Shown: in pieces, positions 51,685 through 64,000 of the stretch | How positions within the stretch are numbered: position 1 is the stretch's first letter | Layout: the number at the start of each line of letters is the position of its first letter | Origin: Mobula hypostoma | Taxonomy: Eukaryota | DNA: 64,000 nt | Direction: 5' to 3' | Assembly: GCF_963921235.1 (NCBI RefSeq) | Contig: NC_086097.1 | Coordinates: 62,870,001-62,934,000, forward strand | The notes under the pieces: generated by a model | What the model was told of the DNA's origin: nothing | The model's input: the letters and a program-made list of their open reading frames with translations, nothing else | The model's database searches: none | Program-made: the position numbers and the translations under genes

Positions 51685-54600
51685 GAAGAAAGCGCAGCAG
51701 AACCTTTACTTCCATAAATGTTTGTGACGATTCAGCATGACACCGAAAATTTTGATATATTTTTCTAGATGTGTCATGGAGAGATTGTATCATGACCAGG
51801 TATGGAAACATGAATGGCCTTGAATGAAAATCCAGCAAAAAGTAGTGGATATGGCCCAGTTCATCACGGGTAAAACTCTCCCCACTATTAAGCACTGTTG
51901 CGGGACTTCCGGTAGAGCTCATGGAGTGAAGTCATGTTCTTGATTCGCTCCATTACCTCTGAGTTTTTTTCCTATGATCAGCTATGTTAAGCTAACCATT
52001 CAGGCATCGACTTTTATAATACTTTGAAACAAATTGTGTTTTTTGATATTCAGATGCTTTTACGGTCTACTATGTCTAAGAACGGGAAAAATGGGAAAGA
52101 CGGCAAACCTCCGGTTAGACCGAAAGGTACCGATCTTCCTCCGACTGAACCACCGTTAACTTTGAAAGCTATATCGGATCTAATTCAAACGGAAATTTCA
52201 ACCTCCATAACGCAGCTGATTCATGCGGAAATTTCAATTAATCTCCAGAAAATTGCCGATGCAATTGATAAAATGCAAACATCTGTCACGGAACACCAGT
52301 CTGCTATATTTAATCTTCAAAAATCCACGCAATAAAATGAACTTAAGATGGGGAAAATTGAAACAATTACTGTAATGAAGAAAAAACTTGACTTTCTGAC
52401 TTTTAAAAACTCTGACTTAGAATCCAGAATGCGACGGCAGAATATTCGAATTATTGGTATTCGTGAAGCTGTTGAATCTGACAACCCTATAAAGTTTTTT
52501 TCTCAACTTTTAAAAGATGCATTTCCTACCGTATTTCCTGACCAACCACCGTTATTGGATCGGGCTCACAGAGTTCCATCATATTCGTCTAAGTCAGATA
52601 AACCTCGACATGTTATTCTACGATTTCATTACTTTCAAGACAAGGAGAAATTGCTTCGATTCGCTCGACCTGAAGGTTACATTGATTTTTCGGATCTTCA
52701 TTTTCGGTTCGTGGGAGACTTCAGTAAACAGATTCGGGATCAATGTGTTCGTTACAGATCTGTGATGTCGGAACTCTACAAGATGGAGTTAAAACCCGTG
52801 CTGCTTTACCCTGCGCGTTTGAAGATTCGCACGTCTGATGGGGCTCCCCGTTTTTTTGATTCTCCATCGGATGCCCAGAGTTACCTGGATCAATTTTCAC
52901 CTTCAACATCTTAATCGTAATTTTTAATTATCTCCGTTTGATCGGAGGCTGTTAATCTGTTGGGTTTAATTTTTTTTTTGCTTTATATGGGCAGAAAAGT
53001 TTATTTTTGGTTAATTAATATGGTTGCCAAACTTTTTCTCAACTGCGTCATTCCTTTCTTTTTCCCTGGGGATGCTGGGTGGTTATTCCCTCAGCATCAT
53101 TTTACGTATTTCCTTTGAGGCCTTAAACTTTGTAGTTTTCAAATGTACTTTTTGTAGTTTTTCCTAACTAGTCTATGTTAATTATCTTGTTTCTTTTTTT
53201 TTGTTTAATCATAGGATCTGTTGTTCGTTACGGTTTTCTTTATATTTACTGGCTTTTTCTTTCTATTATATTGTGTTTATCTTAATTGGTTTACTTTTTT
53301 TTATTCCTTTACTGTTTTATAACTTTAGCTGATTTTTTTATACTTTCACTTTTTTTAGTGAGCGTCTATCGGAAGTCATGGGTGTAGTCTTAGTGCTTGC
53401 TTCTTTCTGGTTGGTCTGCTTTAGATTTAGCTTTGGGGTAATGGGGTGGGGGGAGGTGGGAGGGGCTTCACTTTTCAGTTTTTTTCTTCTTGGGCTATTT
53501 ATATTACTGAAGCATTGGTTGCGTTCTCCTTCCCGTTATCGCTTGTTTGTTCTATTCCCTTTCTGGGTTCGTGGGTCAAACCAATTGTCAATCCTCTTTT
53601 TTGCGGGTTGACTTTAGGGTTTATGGAGTCTATTATTAATTTTGTCTCTTGGAATACTAACGGTCTTAATCATCCAATTAAAAGGAAAAAAGTTTTTCAA
53701 GTATTCCGGAGACTTAAAGCACATGTTCTATTTTTACAAGAGACCCATGTGCGGAGGGGCGACAGACTACGTTTTTTTAAATTTTGGAAGGGTCAACAGT
53801 TTCATTCGAACTCGAGCGCTAAGATTCAAGGTGGCTTTATTTTTATAGACCCCTCAGTTACTTTTGTACAACATGATATTTCTGATCCGAATGGTAGATT
53901 TTTATTGGTTAGTGGTCTACTCTTTAATAAAAAGGTAGTTTTGGTTAACATTTATGCTCCCAATGTAAACTGTCTGGAATTTTATAAATCACTATTTAAT
54001 CTGTTCCCGAATTTGAATGAGTTTTCACTGATCTGGGGCGGAGATCTTAATACTTGTTTATCTCCAGTTTTGGACCGTTCGGCTCCTTTACGGACCTTAC
54101 CCAATAAATCTGCAACTTCGATTAACTGATTCTTCTCTGATTCTGGGTCGATGGACATTTGGCGTTTTTTGCATCCTCATGAAAAAGATTTTTCTTCTTT
54201 TTCACATGTTCACCATTCCTATTCAAGAATTGATTATTTTTTTATTGACTCTCGTCTTATTTCTTCAGTGGTTAAATGTGATTATGACTCTATAACCATT
54301 TCGGATCATGCTCCACTTAAGCTTTCTATTAAAATTCAGGTCAATACACAAAATAATAGACAATGGCGTTTTAATTCGCTGTTGCTTCAGGACTCAGATC
54401 TTTTTTTTACAATCAACTATACAGAAGATATTTCTATATCCTTTGGGATACTTTTAAAGCTTATATTCATGGTCAGATTATCTCGTATTCTGCTGCTTTG
54501 AGGAAGAAGCTGAAGCAGGAGGAGCTGGTTATTGTGGACAAGATTAAGGAAATTGATAAGAAATATGTTACAACTCCCTCTGAGGAGTTGTATAAACAAA

Positions 54601-57600
54601 GAACTGAACTTCAAATGGAACACAGTTTATTACTTTCGTCCTCGATTGTAAATCAATTAAAGAAAACGAAGTGAATTTTATGCACATAGTGACAAAATTG
54701 GTAAACTGTTGGCTAATCAGTTGAAGACTAATTATACTAAATTTCAAATTAATCAGATTTATAATCAAAATGATCAACTGATACTTGATCATGCTGAGAT
54801 TAATCAAGCCTTTTTTGATTTTTATTCCTCCTTATATCAATCAGAGTCCTTACGAGACTCTAAATATATGAATGACTTTTTAGATAACCTAGATTTCCGT
54901 AAGATTTCACAGGATATATCCTATATGCCAGATACTCCCATTACCACTGATGAGATTAAGAATGTTATCTTTTCTATGAACCTGGGGAAAGCTCCTGGCC
55001 CTGATGGGTTTATCGCGGAATTTTATAAATTTTTGCACCTTCAGTAATTCCTTGGTTTTTTAGGGTTCTGGAGGCTTCATTAAAACTTGGTAAACTTCCT
55101 GAATCCTTCTATAGAGCGTCAATTTCTCTAATATTAAAGAAGGATAAAGATCCTGCTCAATGTGCATCTTATAGACCAATATCTTTATTAAATATTGATT
55201 CTAAAATTTTTTCTAAATTATTAGCAAACAGATTAGAAAAAGCACTTCCTTATATTATTTCGGAAGACCAAACGGGTTTTATTAAAGGTCGTTACTCTTT
55301 CTATAACATTTGCACACTCTTAAATATTGTTAATACTCCTTCACAAAATGTTCCTGAGTGCGTTATTTCTTTAGATGCTGAAAAAGCCTTTGACAGAGTA
55401 GAATGGCCTTACTTATTTAAGGTGCTTGAAATGTTTAATTTTAGCTCGAAATTTATATCCTGGATTAAATTGTTATATCATTCTCCTATGGCCTCAGTTC
55501 GTACTAACTCTTTAAGTTCACCCTTTTTCCCTCTTTCTCGAGGTACTAGACAAGGCTGTCCTCTTGGTCCTTTATTATTTGACATTGCATTAGAACCTCT
55601 TGCAATTGCTATTCGAGAATCTCCAAATATTATTGGGATAACTCGGGGCTTAAAGTCTCATAAAGTATCACTTTATGCTGATGATTTACTTTTATATATT
55701 TCTAATCCTCAAAAATCTATCCCTGCTGCTTTAGATTTATTAGCACAATTTAGTCTCTTTTCCGGTTACAAGTTAAATCTCAGTAAGAGTGAACTTTTCT
55801 CGATTAATAAGCAACTTCCCTTGTATCATAACCTTCCGTTTAAACTGATTAATAATTATTTTTCATATCTTGGGATTAAAATTACTTGTAAACACAAAGA
55901 TCTATTTAAGACTAATTTTTTACCCTTAATTGATCATATTACTCGACTTTCATTTAAATGGTCTCCATTATATTTAACTTTGATCGGTCGTATTTATGCA
56001 GTTAAGATGTTTATTCTGCCAAAATTTTTATATATATTTCAGGCATTACCGATTTTGACTCTAAAATCTTTTCATTTATTTGGCAAAATAAAAACCCGAG
56101 ACTGGGTAAAATACATTTACAGAAAGCTAAGAGAGATGGAGGTTTAGCATTACCTAACTTTAGATTCTATTATTGGGCAATTAATATTCGACACATGAAA
56201 TTTTGGTTACTTGACCAGGATACACTATCCATTCCTAAATGGGTAGTATTGGAATTACAGTCTGCTCAAGGTTATGCATTTGGCTCTATTTTAGGTTCTT
56301 CTCTTCCTTTTGATTTGAAACGCCACAAACAGGTCTGTAAGCCGATAGTTAAATATACCTTACGTATTTGGTTTCAATTCAGAAAATTTTTTGATCTTAA
56401 CCAATTTGGGCTAGCGATCCCTATTTTAGGTAACATTTTTTCCTCCCTCTTTCATGGATCGTGCTTTTCAAATTTGGAAGACTAAGGGTATTTCACGGTT
56501 TTTGGATTTATTTTTAGATGGTTCCCTTATGTCTTTTGAACAATTATCTAATAAATATAGTTTACCAAGAATACATTTTTTTAGATATCTCCAAGTTAGA
56601 AATTTCCTAAGTACTATACTTTCTTCCTTTCCAATGCTCCCTCCTACATATATTTTAGATACTATAATTAACCTTAATCCATGTCAGAAAGGTGCAACGA
56701 CTATTATTTATAATATTATTATGAAACTTGGGAAAGCTCCATTTGATAAGATTAGGTCAGATTGGGAACAGGAATTGGGTTTTATTATTTCGGCGGATGA
56801 CTGGGTGCAAATTTTACAACTAGTCAATACTTCCTCTATCTGTGCTAAACATTTCCTAATTCAATTTAAAGTTGTCCGTAGAGCACATATGTCCAAAGAT
56901 AAATTAGCTCGTTCTATTCTCATATTAATCCTTTTTGTTATAGATGTCAGGGGCAGATAGCCTCTTTAACTCATATGTTTTTGTCCTGTCCTACTCTGGA
57001 AACTTTTTGGAGAGACATTTTTAATATTATCTCAAAGGTATTGAATATAGATATCTCTCTTCATCCTATTACTGCTATCTTTGGATTACCTAAAATTTCC
57101 AGTAATCTTTCTCCTTCAGCCCATAGACTGATTGCATTTCTTACTTTAATGGTGAAAAGATGTATTTTACAACATTGTAAAGAGACTAATGCTCCAACTA
57201 CATTTTTTTGGTTTTCCCAGACGATATTATGTTTAAATTTGGAGAAAATTAGAAGTAATCTTTATGATTCTTCAGTTAAATTCGATCAGACCTGGAGATC
57301 TTTTATTCAACATTTTCATTTAATGTAATTTTTTTCTCTCGGTCCATATTTATATTCCCTTCTTGTTTTTTTTTAACTGTTTTTAATGGAGGTCGGGTTT
57401 GAGGACATGATTTTAAGTACTTTAACTCTACTTGTTTCCTAGTTAGCCCATTGCTTTGCTTTGCTTTTTAGTTTAGTTGCACGGTGGGTTTTTTGGGGGG
57501 TTTTTTTTCTTTTTCTATTGATATATATAAAAATTAGTATACTATTATATTCCCTTGTTATTTTATGTTTAAATTGCACTGTTTGTATTAATTTTTTTCT

Positions 57601-57980
57601 GTATTAATATTTCCTGTAATATATTATATTCTAACAGTGTATTAGTGCCTATATGGCTTACCTTTTGTGTACTTATTCAATAAAAAGATTTAAAAAGAAA
57701 GAAAGCACTGTTGCAGGAAAGCAGCATGCATTATCAAGCACACTCACCACCCAGCCTATGCCGTCTTCTCGCTGCTACTTTCAGAAAGAAGATACAAGAG
57801 CCTCAGGACACTCACAACCGGGTTCAGGAACAGTTATTACCCCTCATCCATCGGGTTCTTGCACCAGAGGGCATAACTTCACTCAACTTCACTCACCCCA
57901 TCACTGAACTGTCTCCACAACCGAAGGACTCACTTCTATGGATTCTTCATCTCATATTTTAATATTATTGTTCATATTTT
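51685..57980 (+). mobile_element. Rex1/Babar fragment split by the L1 (51685-51901 and 57703-57980)
   Basis: Rex1-like sequence continues across the TSD (ctccccactatt...aagcactgttgc|aggaaagcagca). Confidence 0.75.
51902..57702 (+). mobile_element. Full-length (5.8 kb) L1/Tx1-type LINE, inactivated
   Basis: 12-bp TSD AAGCACTGTTGC (51890-51901, 57703-57714). 5' end GGGACTTCCGGT. ORF1 ~52072-52914 (DLESRMRRQNIRIIG). ORF2 ~53623-57328 (SWNTNGL, SDHAP, GPDG, GTRQGCPL, YADD) with stops and frameshifts. AATAAA plus AAAG tail. Confidence 0.95.
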
Positions 57981-58034
57981 CTCTGCTCAAACTGGTAAAA
58001 CTTGAGATGCAGACATTGACAAACATGATCATTT

Positions 58035-59018
58035 CTAAATTGCTAGGAACAGATATTCTGGGGGTGTTTTGTATTGTGGCTTTTTGAAGATTTATATAAA
58101 TATTGTCGTGTAGCTCTAATTGTTTAATGCTACTGTGTATTGTCTTCGGGATCTACCAGTTACAAGTGTTTGGAATAGCTAGATCTATTAAATAAGTTGT
58201 TCTTTCTTGTTTATCTTGTATTATAATATCTGGATGGTTATTATGGATTGCCCTATCTGTAAAAACAGATTGGTCATAACATAATTTGTGGTATTCTGAC
58301 TCAAAAACTGGATCAGGTTTGTATTTATAGTAAAGTGTGAGTTCATTTACAAGTTTGTATTTTAAAGCAAGATTTTGATGAATGATGTTTGCCACTTGAT
58401 TGTGCCTGCATAACTAATCAGATTGTGTTAAATTGTTATAGGATCCAGTATTGCGTTGGACTGTTTCTGTTTTTTCTTGGCATTTTCTACATCTATCATC
58501 TTGAATTGTTTGGTCTTTTATGATTATTTTTGTGTTAACAACCTGGTCCTGTATTGCTGTAAAAGAAGTCATCTGTTTCTGGGAAGAGGTCTCCAACTCT
58601 GAGCCAGGCGTTGGGCGTTTCCTTGTCGGCATTTTGTCTGCTCAGATCATGGAGATGTCTTCCATGGAGAGTCTTGCTTTACCATTGGTTAAACTCCTTT
58701 TTCAATAATGGTAATGTCTTCATTTTTCTGGGATGTGCACTCTTTTAAGTTTAGTGATGTATACTCCTTATCAGAATTGTATATGTGTGAAGTGCTGAAT
58801 CCTGTTTTCATTGATGAAAATGTATCCTCAGAAGTTTTATCTGACTGTTATGTAGATTTTTAATGTCTGCTATTTCTCTTCCTCCTGCTGTCCTAGGTAG
58901 TGTTAATCTAAGTGCATTGGAATGTACATAATGTTTTCTGAAATTTGTCATTTCAGTTCTTATTTCTCTTTGTAACTTTTCCAGATCAGTTTCGGACCAA
59001 GATGCTATGTGAAAAGAA
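58035..59018 (-). mobile_element. R4/Dong-type (restriction-like endonuclease) LINE fragment, copy 1
   Basis: CRKCQEKTETVQ (CCHC remnant), RHNQVANIIHQNL and TDRAIHNNHPDIIIQDKQ..YLIDLAIP (PD..D RLE). Confidence 0.8.
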
Positions 59019-59046
59019 GTTGTTGTTGTTGTTGTTGTTGTTGTTT
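59019..59046. repeat. (GTT)n / (CAA)n microsatellite
   Basis: Directly visible between the two R4-like copies. Confidence 0.95.
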
Positions 59047-59425
59047 CTCAGCTCAAGTTGGTCAAACCTGAGGTACTGGTAAGCCAAGCACACTCATTTG
59101 TCAATTGCTAGGAGCTCTTGGACATGCTCTTGGTATTTAGTCTTGTGGCTTTCTGGAGATTTACATAGATATTACTGTGTAGCCCTAATTATTTAATGTT
59201 ATTGTGTAGTGACTTTGGGCTAACACCAGTTGTAGATATTACTATTGGGACAACGTATATCCTGTCTTTCAATTTCCTCTTTTAATTCAGCATATTTCTG
59301 GTGTTTATCACTTATTGATTTCTGTAAGTTATGTGCGTTTGGAATGCTATACCTATTGAATAAGTTGTTCTTACTTGTTTATCCTCTACTATTATATCCA
59401 GACAGTTATTATGGATTGCTAATTG
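59047..59425 (-). mobile_element. R4/Dong-type LINE 3' end, copy 2
   Basis: AIHNNCLDIIVEDKQVRTTYSIGIAFQ...VPIVISTTGV, with a 3' end ggcttaccagtacc...gctgagaaa(caa)n. Confidence 0.75.
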
Positions 59426-59789
59426 GTGAAAATTATATAACTGTGGATAACTTGACATGAAAAGTGTGTTTTAATCTTTGTATTAGAATCTCCTATTCTG
59501 AATTTCTGAAGAAGATGACATTCACATACTTCAAGCCCAAGTTTTCTAGTCTCAGGATAAGAATTCAGTTTGTTACGTCTGACAGGAGGATAGGCTATCT
59601 GACCTACAAAGGTGTGGGATCCTTAGAATTTCATATAAATATTTGTACAGTCAGTCAGTGAATATATTCAAGACCAACAAAAATAGCATTTTAGAATAAA
59701 GAATACAATTGAATGGAGTCCAATGTGAAACATTATTTAATAAAAATGCAGAGCAAGTTCTTATGATCTACTCCTGTTCCTAGAACACG

Positions 59790-59925
59790 GAGAATAAAAC
59801 ATTACAGCACAGTAGGGTCCTTCAGCCCACAAGGTTGTGCCAACCTTTTAACCTGCCCTAGGATCAATCTAACCCTTCCCTCCTACATAGCCCCAGCATT
59901 TTTCTTTCACCTATGTGCCTACCTG
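59790..59925 (-). mobile_element. CR1 3' tail fragment
   Basis: acagcacagtagggtccttcagcccacaaggttgtgcc resembles the 43290-43340 CR1 end. Confidence 0.6.
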
Positions 59926-60199
59926 TTGAAGCCAAGTTAAAGGATCTGCCAGCATAACTAACTGTAACCTTGATGTGAAGGAATATTGCAGATTTCTGTG
60001 ACTTTTAATAGCCACAACATGTTCTCCTGTTCTTATACATTATTCTATTCTCAGGAAGAAAATAATATATATTTGACAGCAGGATAAGAAAGTCATTTTT
60101 ATGTTCTGTGTTTGCAAATCTGTAACAAGTAATAAGTTTGCAAAGGAGCATTGAATCAACTAGGGCAAAATTATTTCATCTGATTTTGTTGAGACCAGT

Positions 60200-60650
60200 A
60201 GATTATAGGAGCAGAATTGTGCCAGTTGGCCCATTGAGTTTGCTCCGCTATTTCACCATGGCAGATTTATTGTTGCTCTCAACCTCATTGTCCTGCCTTC
60301 TCCTCATAATCTTTGACAGGCTTACCAATCAACCTCCACTTTAAAAATAACCAAACACAGTCTCCACAGCAGTCTGTGGTAATGATTTGCCACCCTCTGA
60401 ATAAAGAAATTCCTCTTCACCTCTGTTCTAAAGGGACATCCCTCTATTCTGAGGCTGTATTCTCTCTCCCACCATTGAAAATATCCCTTCCCTCTCCACC
60501 CTATCTAGGCCTTTCAATATTTGACAGTTTCAATGAGATCCCCTCTCATTTCTCTAAACTTCAGTGAGTACAGGCCCAGAGCTCCTTATACATTTACCCT
60601 TTCATTTCCAGATTCATTGTCATGAATCTCCTCTGGACCCTCTCTAATGG
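60200..60650 (-). mobile_element. Old CR1 3' fragment
   Basis: aagaaattcctcttcacctctgttcta...ttcaatgagatccccctc...tcatgaatctcctctggaccctctc. Confidence 0.65.
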
Positions 60651-60924
60651 ACTCCAGTTGCCTTTAAAATCTATATTTGGATTGTATTGACGTACAGATT
60701 CTGGAGCTTCATTAAAAAAACATAGAATCTCTTGATGATTAGCGACAATGTCTGGTCAAGGTTACTTCAGTAAAATAGAGTTCATTCTGCTGGTGGATCT
60801 CCCATCTGTTCTGAAAGCCACTAAGTTGAAAAATGTCCCCTGAAAGTAATAATTTCACAGAATTCAGATCAGGAATTTTACCTAGTCTGGAGTTAGATCC
60901 ATACCCCATTCATAGAGGGCACAC

Positions 60925-61045
60925 AGACAGAAGACTGCAAATGCTGGAATCAAGAGCAACAAACAAGCTGCTAGAGGAATTCAGCTGGTTGAATAGCATC
61001 TGTGAGAGGAGAGGAAGTATTGATGTTTTGGGTTGAAATGCTGCT
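60925..61045 (-). mobile_element. Old short Penelope-end derivative
   Basis: ctgcaaatgctggaatc...gctgctagaggaattcagc...gcatctg...gatgttttgggttgaaa has the same layout as 41740-41844, with the hammerhead decayed. Confidence 0.55.
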
Positions 61046-61607
61046 TTTGACATTTGAACTAGGATAGTCATGATCAATTTGACAGAGAATCTGTCACCCA
61101 TCTGTAAGAAACAGAATCTCCTTCCCAGTCTCCTGATTCATAATATTATCCAAAGAAATAACTGGAAATTGGAACATCATGAGTGTTGTTTCACTGTTAA
61201 TGGAAAAGCCCAAGAGATACAGGTTGGCTTTAAAACATGGCGAGCTCATCATCCTCAAACAGAGATACTCACAAAGTACACGGGGAGGAATGGCAGCTCA
61301 TTTTGTATTGAAATGTGGTCCAAGTTCCGCTGTAATTATTGGTTAGATGAAATAACTACTACTGACTCACTGATTTAACATGTGCTAGATCCATCATTTC
61401 CCTATTTCCACACAAAAAAAAATTAACTCATTGATAGCACGAGAAAGTATATATTCTGCTCGACTGCTTGTGTTCCATTCAGTAATTACTGTACAAGCCC
61501 ATATTGTTTTATTTCAGGTTCAGGACAAAGAAGGGAAAATGACAGGGAAATCAATAATGAAATATGAGGTCAAGAAGGGAATGAGTGCAAAGAAATAGAA
61601 CTTAATA

Positions 61608-61881
61608 TAATAATAATAATAATATAGGTTGCATCCGGAATTTTTCCAGGTAGCGGACGACTTCCTCGCACGCCATTCTGACATAGTTGGAATTCGCGTA
61701 CGAGGCAAGTTACAGCGGTGGTTTGCCGTTGCCTTCTGCCAAGTGAGTTTTTTTTTCAAAGGGATCACCAGCTCTTAACCCCGCACAGATGGAAAGCGTG
61801 CTGGGGGGAACCGGCTGGGTTTGAACTTCGGAACCTCTGCTCCGCAGTCCAGCGCTGATGCCACTACGCCACCAACCGGCC
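61608..61881 (-). mobile_element. tRNA-head SINE with an RTE-like middle body and (TTA)n tail
   Basis: Head GGCCGGTTGGTGGCGTAGTGGCATCAG, as in the 39618 SINE. Contains GGCAGAAGGCAACGGCAAACCACCGCTGTAACTTGCC. TSD AGAAC[T/A]TAATA at 61597-61607 and 61882-61892. Confidence 0.85.
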
Positions 61882-62014
61882 AGAACATAATAAGGTACTT
61901 TAATAATGTCTAATAAACCATAGTTAGAAATTCAGTATAACTGATAATTTATTAATTAAGAATGCAAAAGCTGGATGGTAATGCATATAAAATGGATTTA
62001 CTTTTGAAAGTTGT

Positions 62015-62443
62015 GTTGTCCTCAATACAGTAAAAACAAGGAACTGATTGTTGATTTCAGGAAGTGGAAGTCAAGGAGACACACACCAGCCCTCACTGAG
62101 GGATCAGAAGTGGAATGGTTGAGCAGTTTCTAGATCCTAGGTGCCAGCATCTCTGAAGATCTACCCTGGGCCCAACATATTGATACAATCACAAAGAAGA
62201 TGCAACAGCAGCTATATTTCATTAGGACTTTGAGAAGATTTGATAGGTCACCAAAGACACATGCAAATTTCTACAAATATACCGTGGAGAGCATTCTAAC
62301 TGGTTACATCACCATCTGGCATGTTGTGGCCACCATATCTATTTATAGATATTTATTATGTTTTTATTCTGTATTGCAATGTGCTGCTGTCAGAAAGCAA
62401 CACAGTTCACAACATATACCAGTGATATTAAACCTGATTCTGA
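62015..62443 (+). mobile_element. Rex1/Babar-type 3' fragment, internally deleted
   Basis: QQQLYFIRTLRRF...NFYKYTVESILTGYITIW, with tail attaaacctgattctga. Confidence 0.8.
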
Positions 62444-62676
62444 ACAGACAATAGTATTGAATTTTCAAAAGGATTCTGTTAGCTGGGATATGCCACCTGT
62501 GTTAATATGCAGTTCCATAAAGTTATCTGACTATATTCAAAATATTAAAGATCAGTAGGTGATTATAGCTATTGAAACTGTAATTAATCATTTATCATTG
62601 TCTTTGTGGTTAAGAAGTATAAAACATCTGTCAGGAGAGTGAGATTCTTTTTGACTCTCTCTCTCTCTCTCTCCAG

Positions 62677-62696
62677 GAGGTCTGCTGAGTGACTAA
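62677..62696 (+). CDS. Candidate terminal coding exon ((G)GLLSD* if phase 1) followed by a putative 3' UTR
   Basis: Branch-like TTGAC, (CT)n tract and CCAG acceptor. All three frames stop within 20 nt. The downstream 1.3 kb has no recognisable TEs. Confidence 0.35.
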
Positions 62697-63610
62697 AGAC
62701 TACAGCTACTGCGTGGCTCAGTTTTAATCAATCGCAACACATGGTAAATCCTGTGTTGTTGGAATCTTGATCAAATTGCCTGATTGTAACGTGTTATTGG
62801 GAAATAACGTTAGAACATTTCTAGAACTCATCATAACAGGAGAATTTATTTATCTGTGTGAAAATATAAAAAAACTTTTTCATTAAATCATCAGAAACGC
62901 TAGCAATACCCTCGTTGGTTACTTTATTCAAATGGATGCAAAGGCCACAAGATAAACTCAATTGCGAAGAAGCACTCTTCAGCTCACTGCTCCACGTTTT
63001 GCCGTCTAAGATCAACAATAATAAATAATACATAATAGTTAAACGTCCCACTGTTTCACTTATGCTCATCAAATGTGTTTTGTTTTATATCTGAAGAGAG
63101 TACATTTAGTAAACCTTTGCTAGTAATTGCCACATATTGCAAACTGCATGGAACTTAGAAGGATAATAGATTGGAATTTGCAGAGATTCTGTTCGCTGCC
63201 TGTGTGCTTGTCACTGAAAATTTCCTCTGATCCATTGTCTCTGGCAGCATGTCGCCCCTAATGAGTGAAAGGGGTGAACTGCTGGAGCAACCAAGAGGCT
63301 CTTCAGCCAATCAGCGTGAAGAATCCTCAAAAAGAAGCAACATTTTAGAAATTCATTGCAGGCTGCAAATGCGTGAAGTGGTAATGTTTTCACTTTAAAG
63401 TGACACCTACTGAATCAAGTTTCAAAGCTAAAGTTCTGAACTCTCAACACATATCATGAATCTAATGCAGTTAATTGAGAGAACATTTCTATCCCACAGA
63501 GGGCAATGAAGAAGTACAAAGCATTCAATATAAAGCAGATTTAATTTATATAATGAAGCAGTATAAGCATTAAGAAATCCAGAAGGGGTAATGGAAAATA
63601 TGAGTCAAAG

Positions 63611-63714
63611 AAGTTTTAATATTTTTTAAACTCAACACTAAATTTGAGAAACTTTTACTCCAAAGTTTTAATATTTTTTAAACTCAACACTAAATTTGAG
63701 AAACTTTTACTCCA
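63611..63714. repeat. Perfect 52-bp tandem duplication
   Basis: 63611-63662 equals 63663-63714. Confidence 0.95.
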
Positions 63715-64000
63715 GCACTTGTGAAATTATTATTTTTAGGGTCAGAAAAGCTGTTAAGTAATAATTCACACTTACCATGAAGATGAAATATCACTTATTC
63801 CAGAATTAGCTGGCCTCATTGCATCACCATCATTTATTAAATAACCAGAGAGCAAGCAGAGCAAATTTATGTTACTGCTGTTATTTCAATGCCAAGCCAG
63901 CTTGTAAAGGTTGCAACAGTGCACTCTTTGGAGAAGCATGGTATTGTTGAAAGCAACTCCTGGATTTTCACATTTAACTGTAGATAAGTATATTCCTGGT

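Noticed and set aside
1..64000. Prokaryotic operons, CRISPR arrays or defence systems
   Set aside because: No dense ORFs and no regularly spaced repeat-spacer arrays. Long ORFs are eukaryotic retroelement fragments.

Overview
This is AT-rich vertebrate genomic DNA, not a prokaryotic locus. The repeat families (CR1 with (CATAGAA[A])n tails, V-SINE/HE1-like, Deu-like SINE, Penelope with hammerhead cores, Rex1/Babar) suggest a cartilaginous fish, probably a ray or skate (inference). Most of the window is nested, decayed transposable elements: CR1, L1/Tx1-type (one full-length copy with a 12-bp TSD), Rex1/Babar, RTE, R4/Dong, Penelope, a Tigger DNA transposon, a gag-less CsRn1-type Gypsy element, a solo LTR and a retrovirus-like RNaseH-integrase remnant. 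No intact host gene is visible. A candidate internal exon (13129-13207/13219) and a candidate terminal exon plus 3' UTR (from 62677) on the + strand suggest that most of the window is a ~49-kb intron of an unidentified gene. The most interesting observations are minimal hammerhead ribozymes in Penelope ends and short solo derivatives, two SINEs sharing a tRNA head but with different bodies and tails, the gag-less LTR element, and the ERV-like fragment. Family assignments come from motif recognition by eye, not from database searches, and boundaries without a TSD are approximate.
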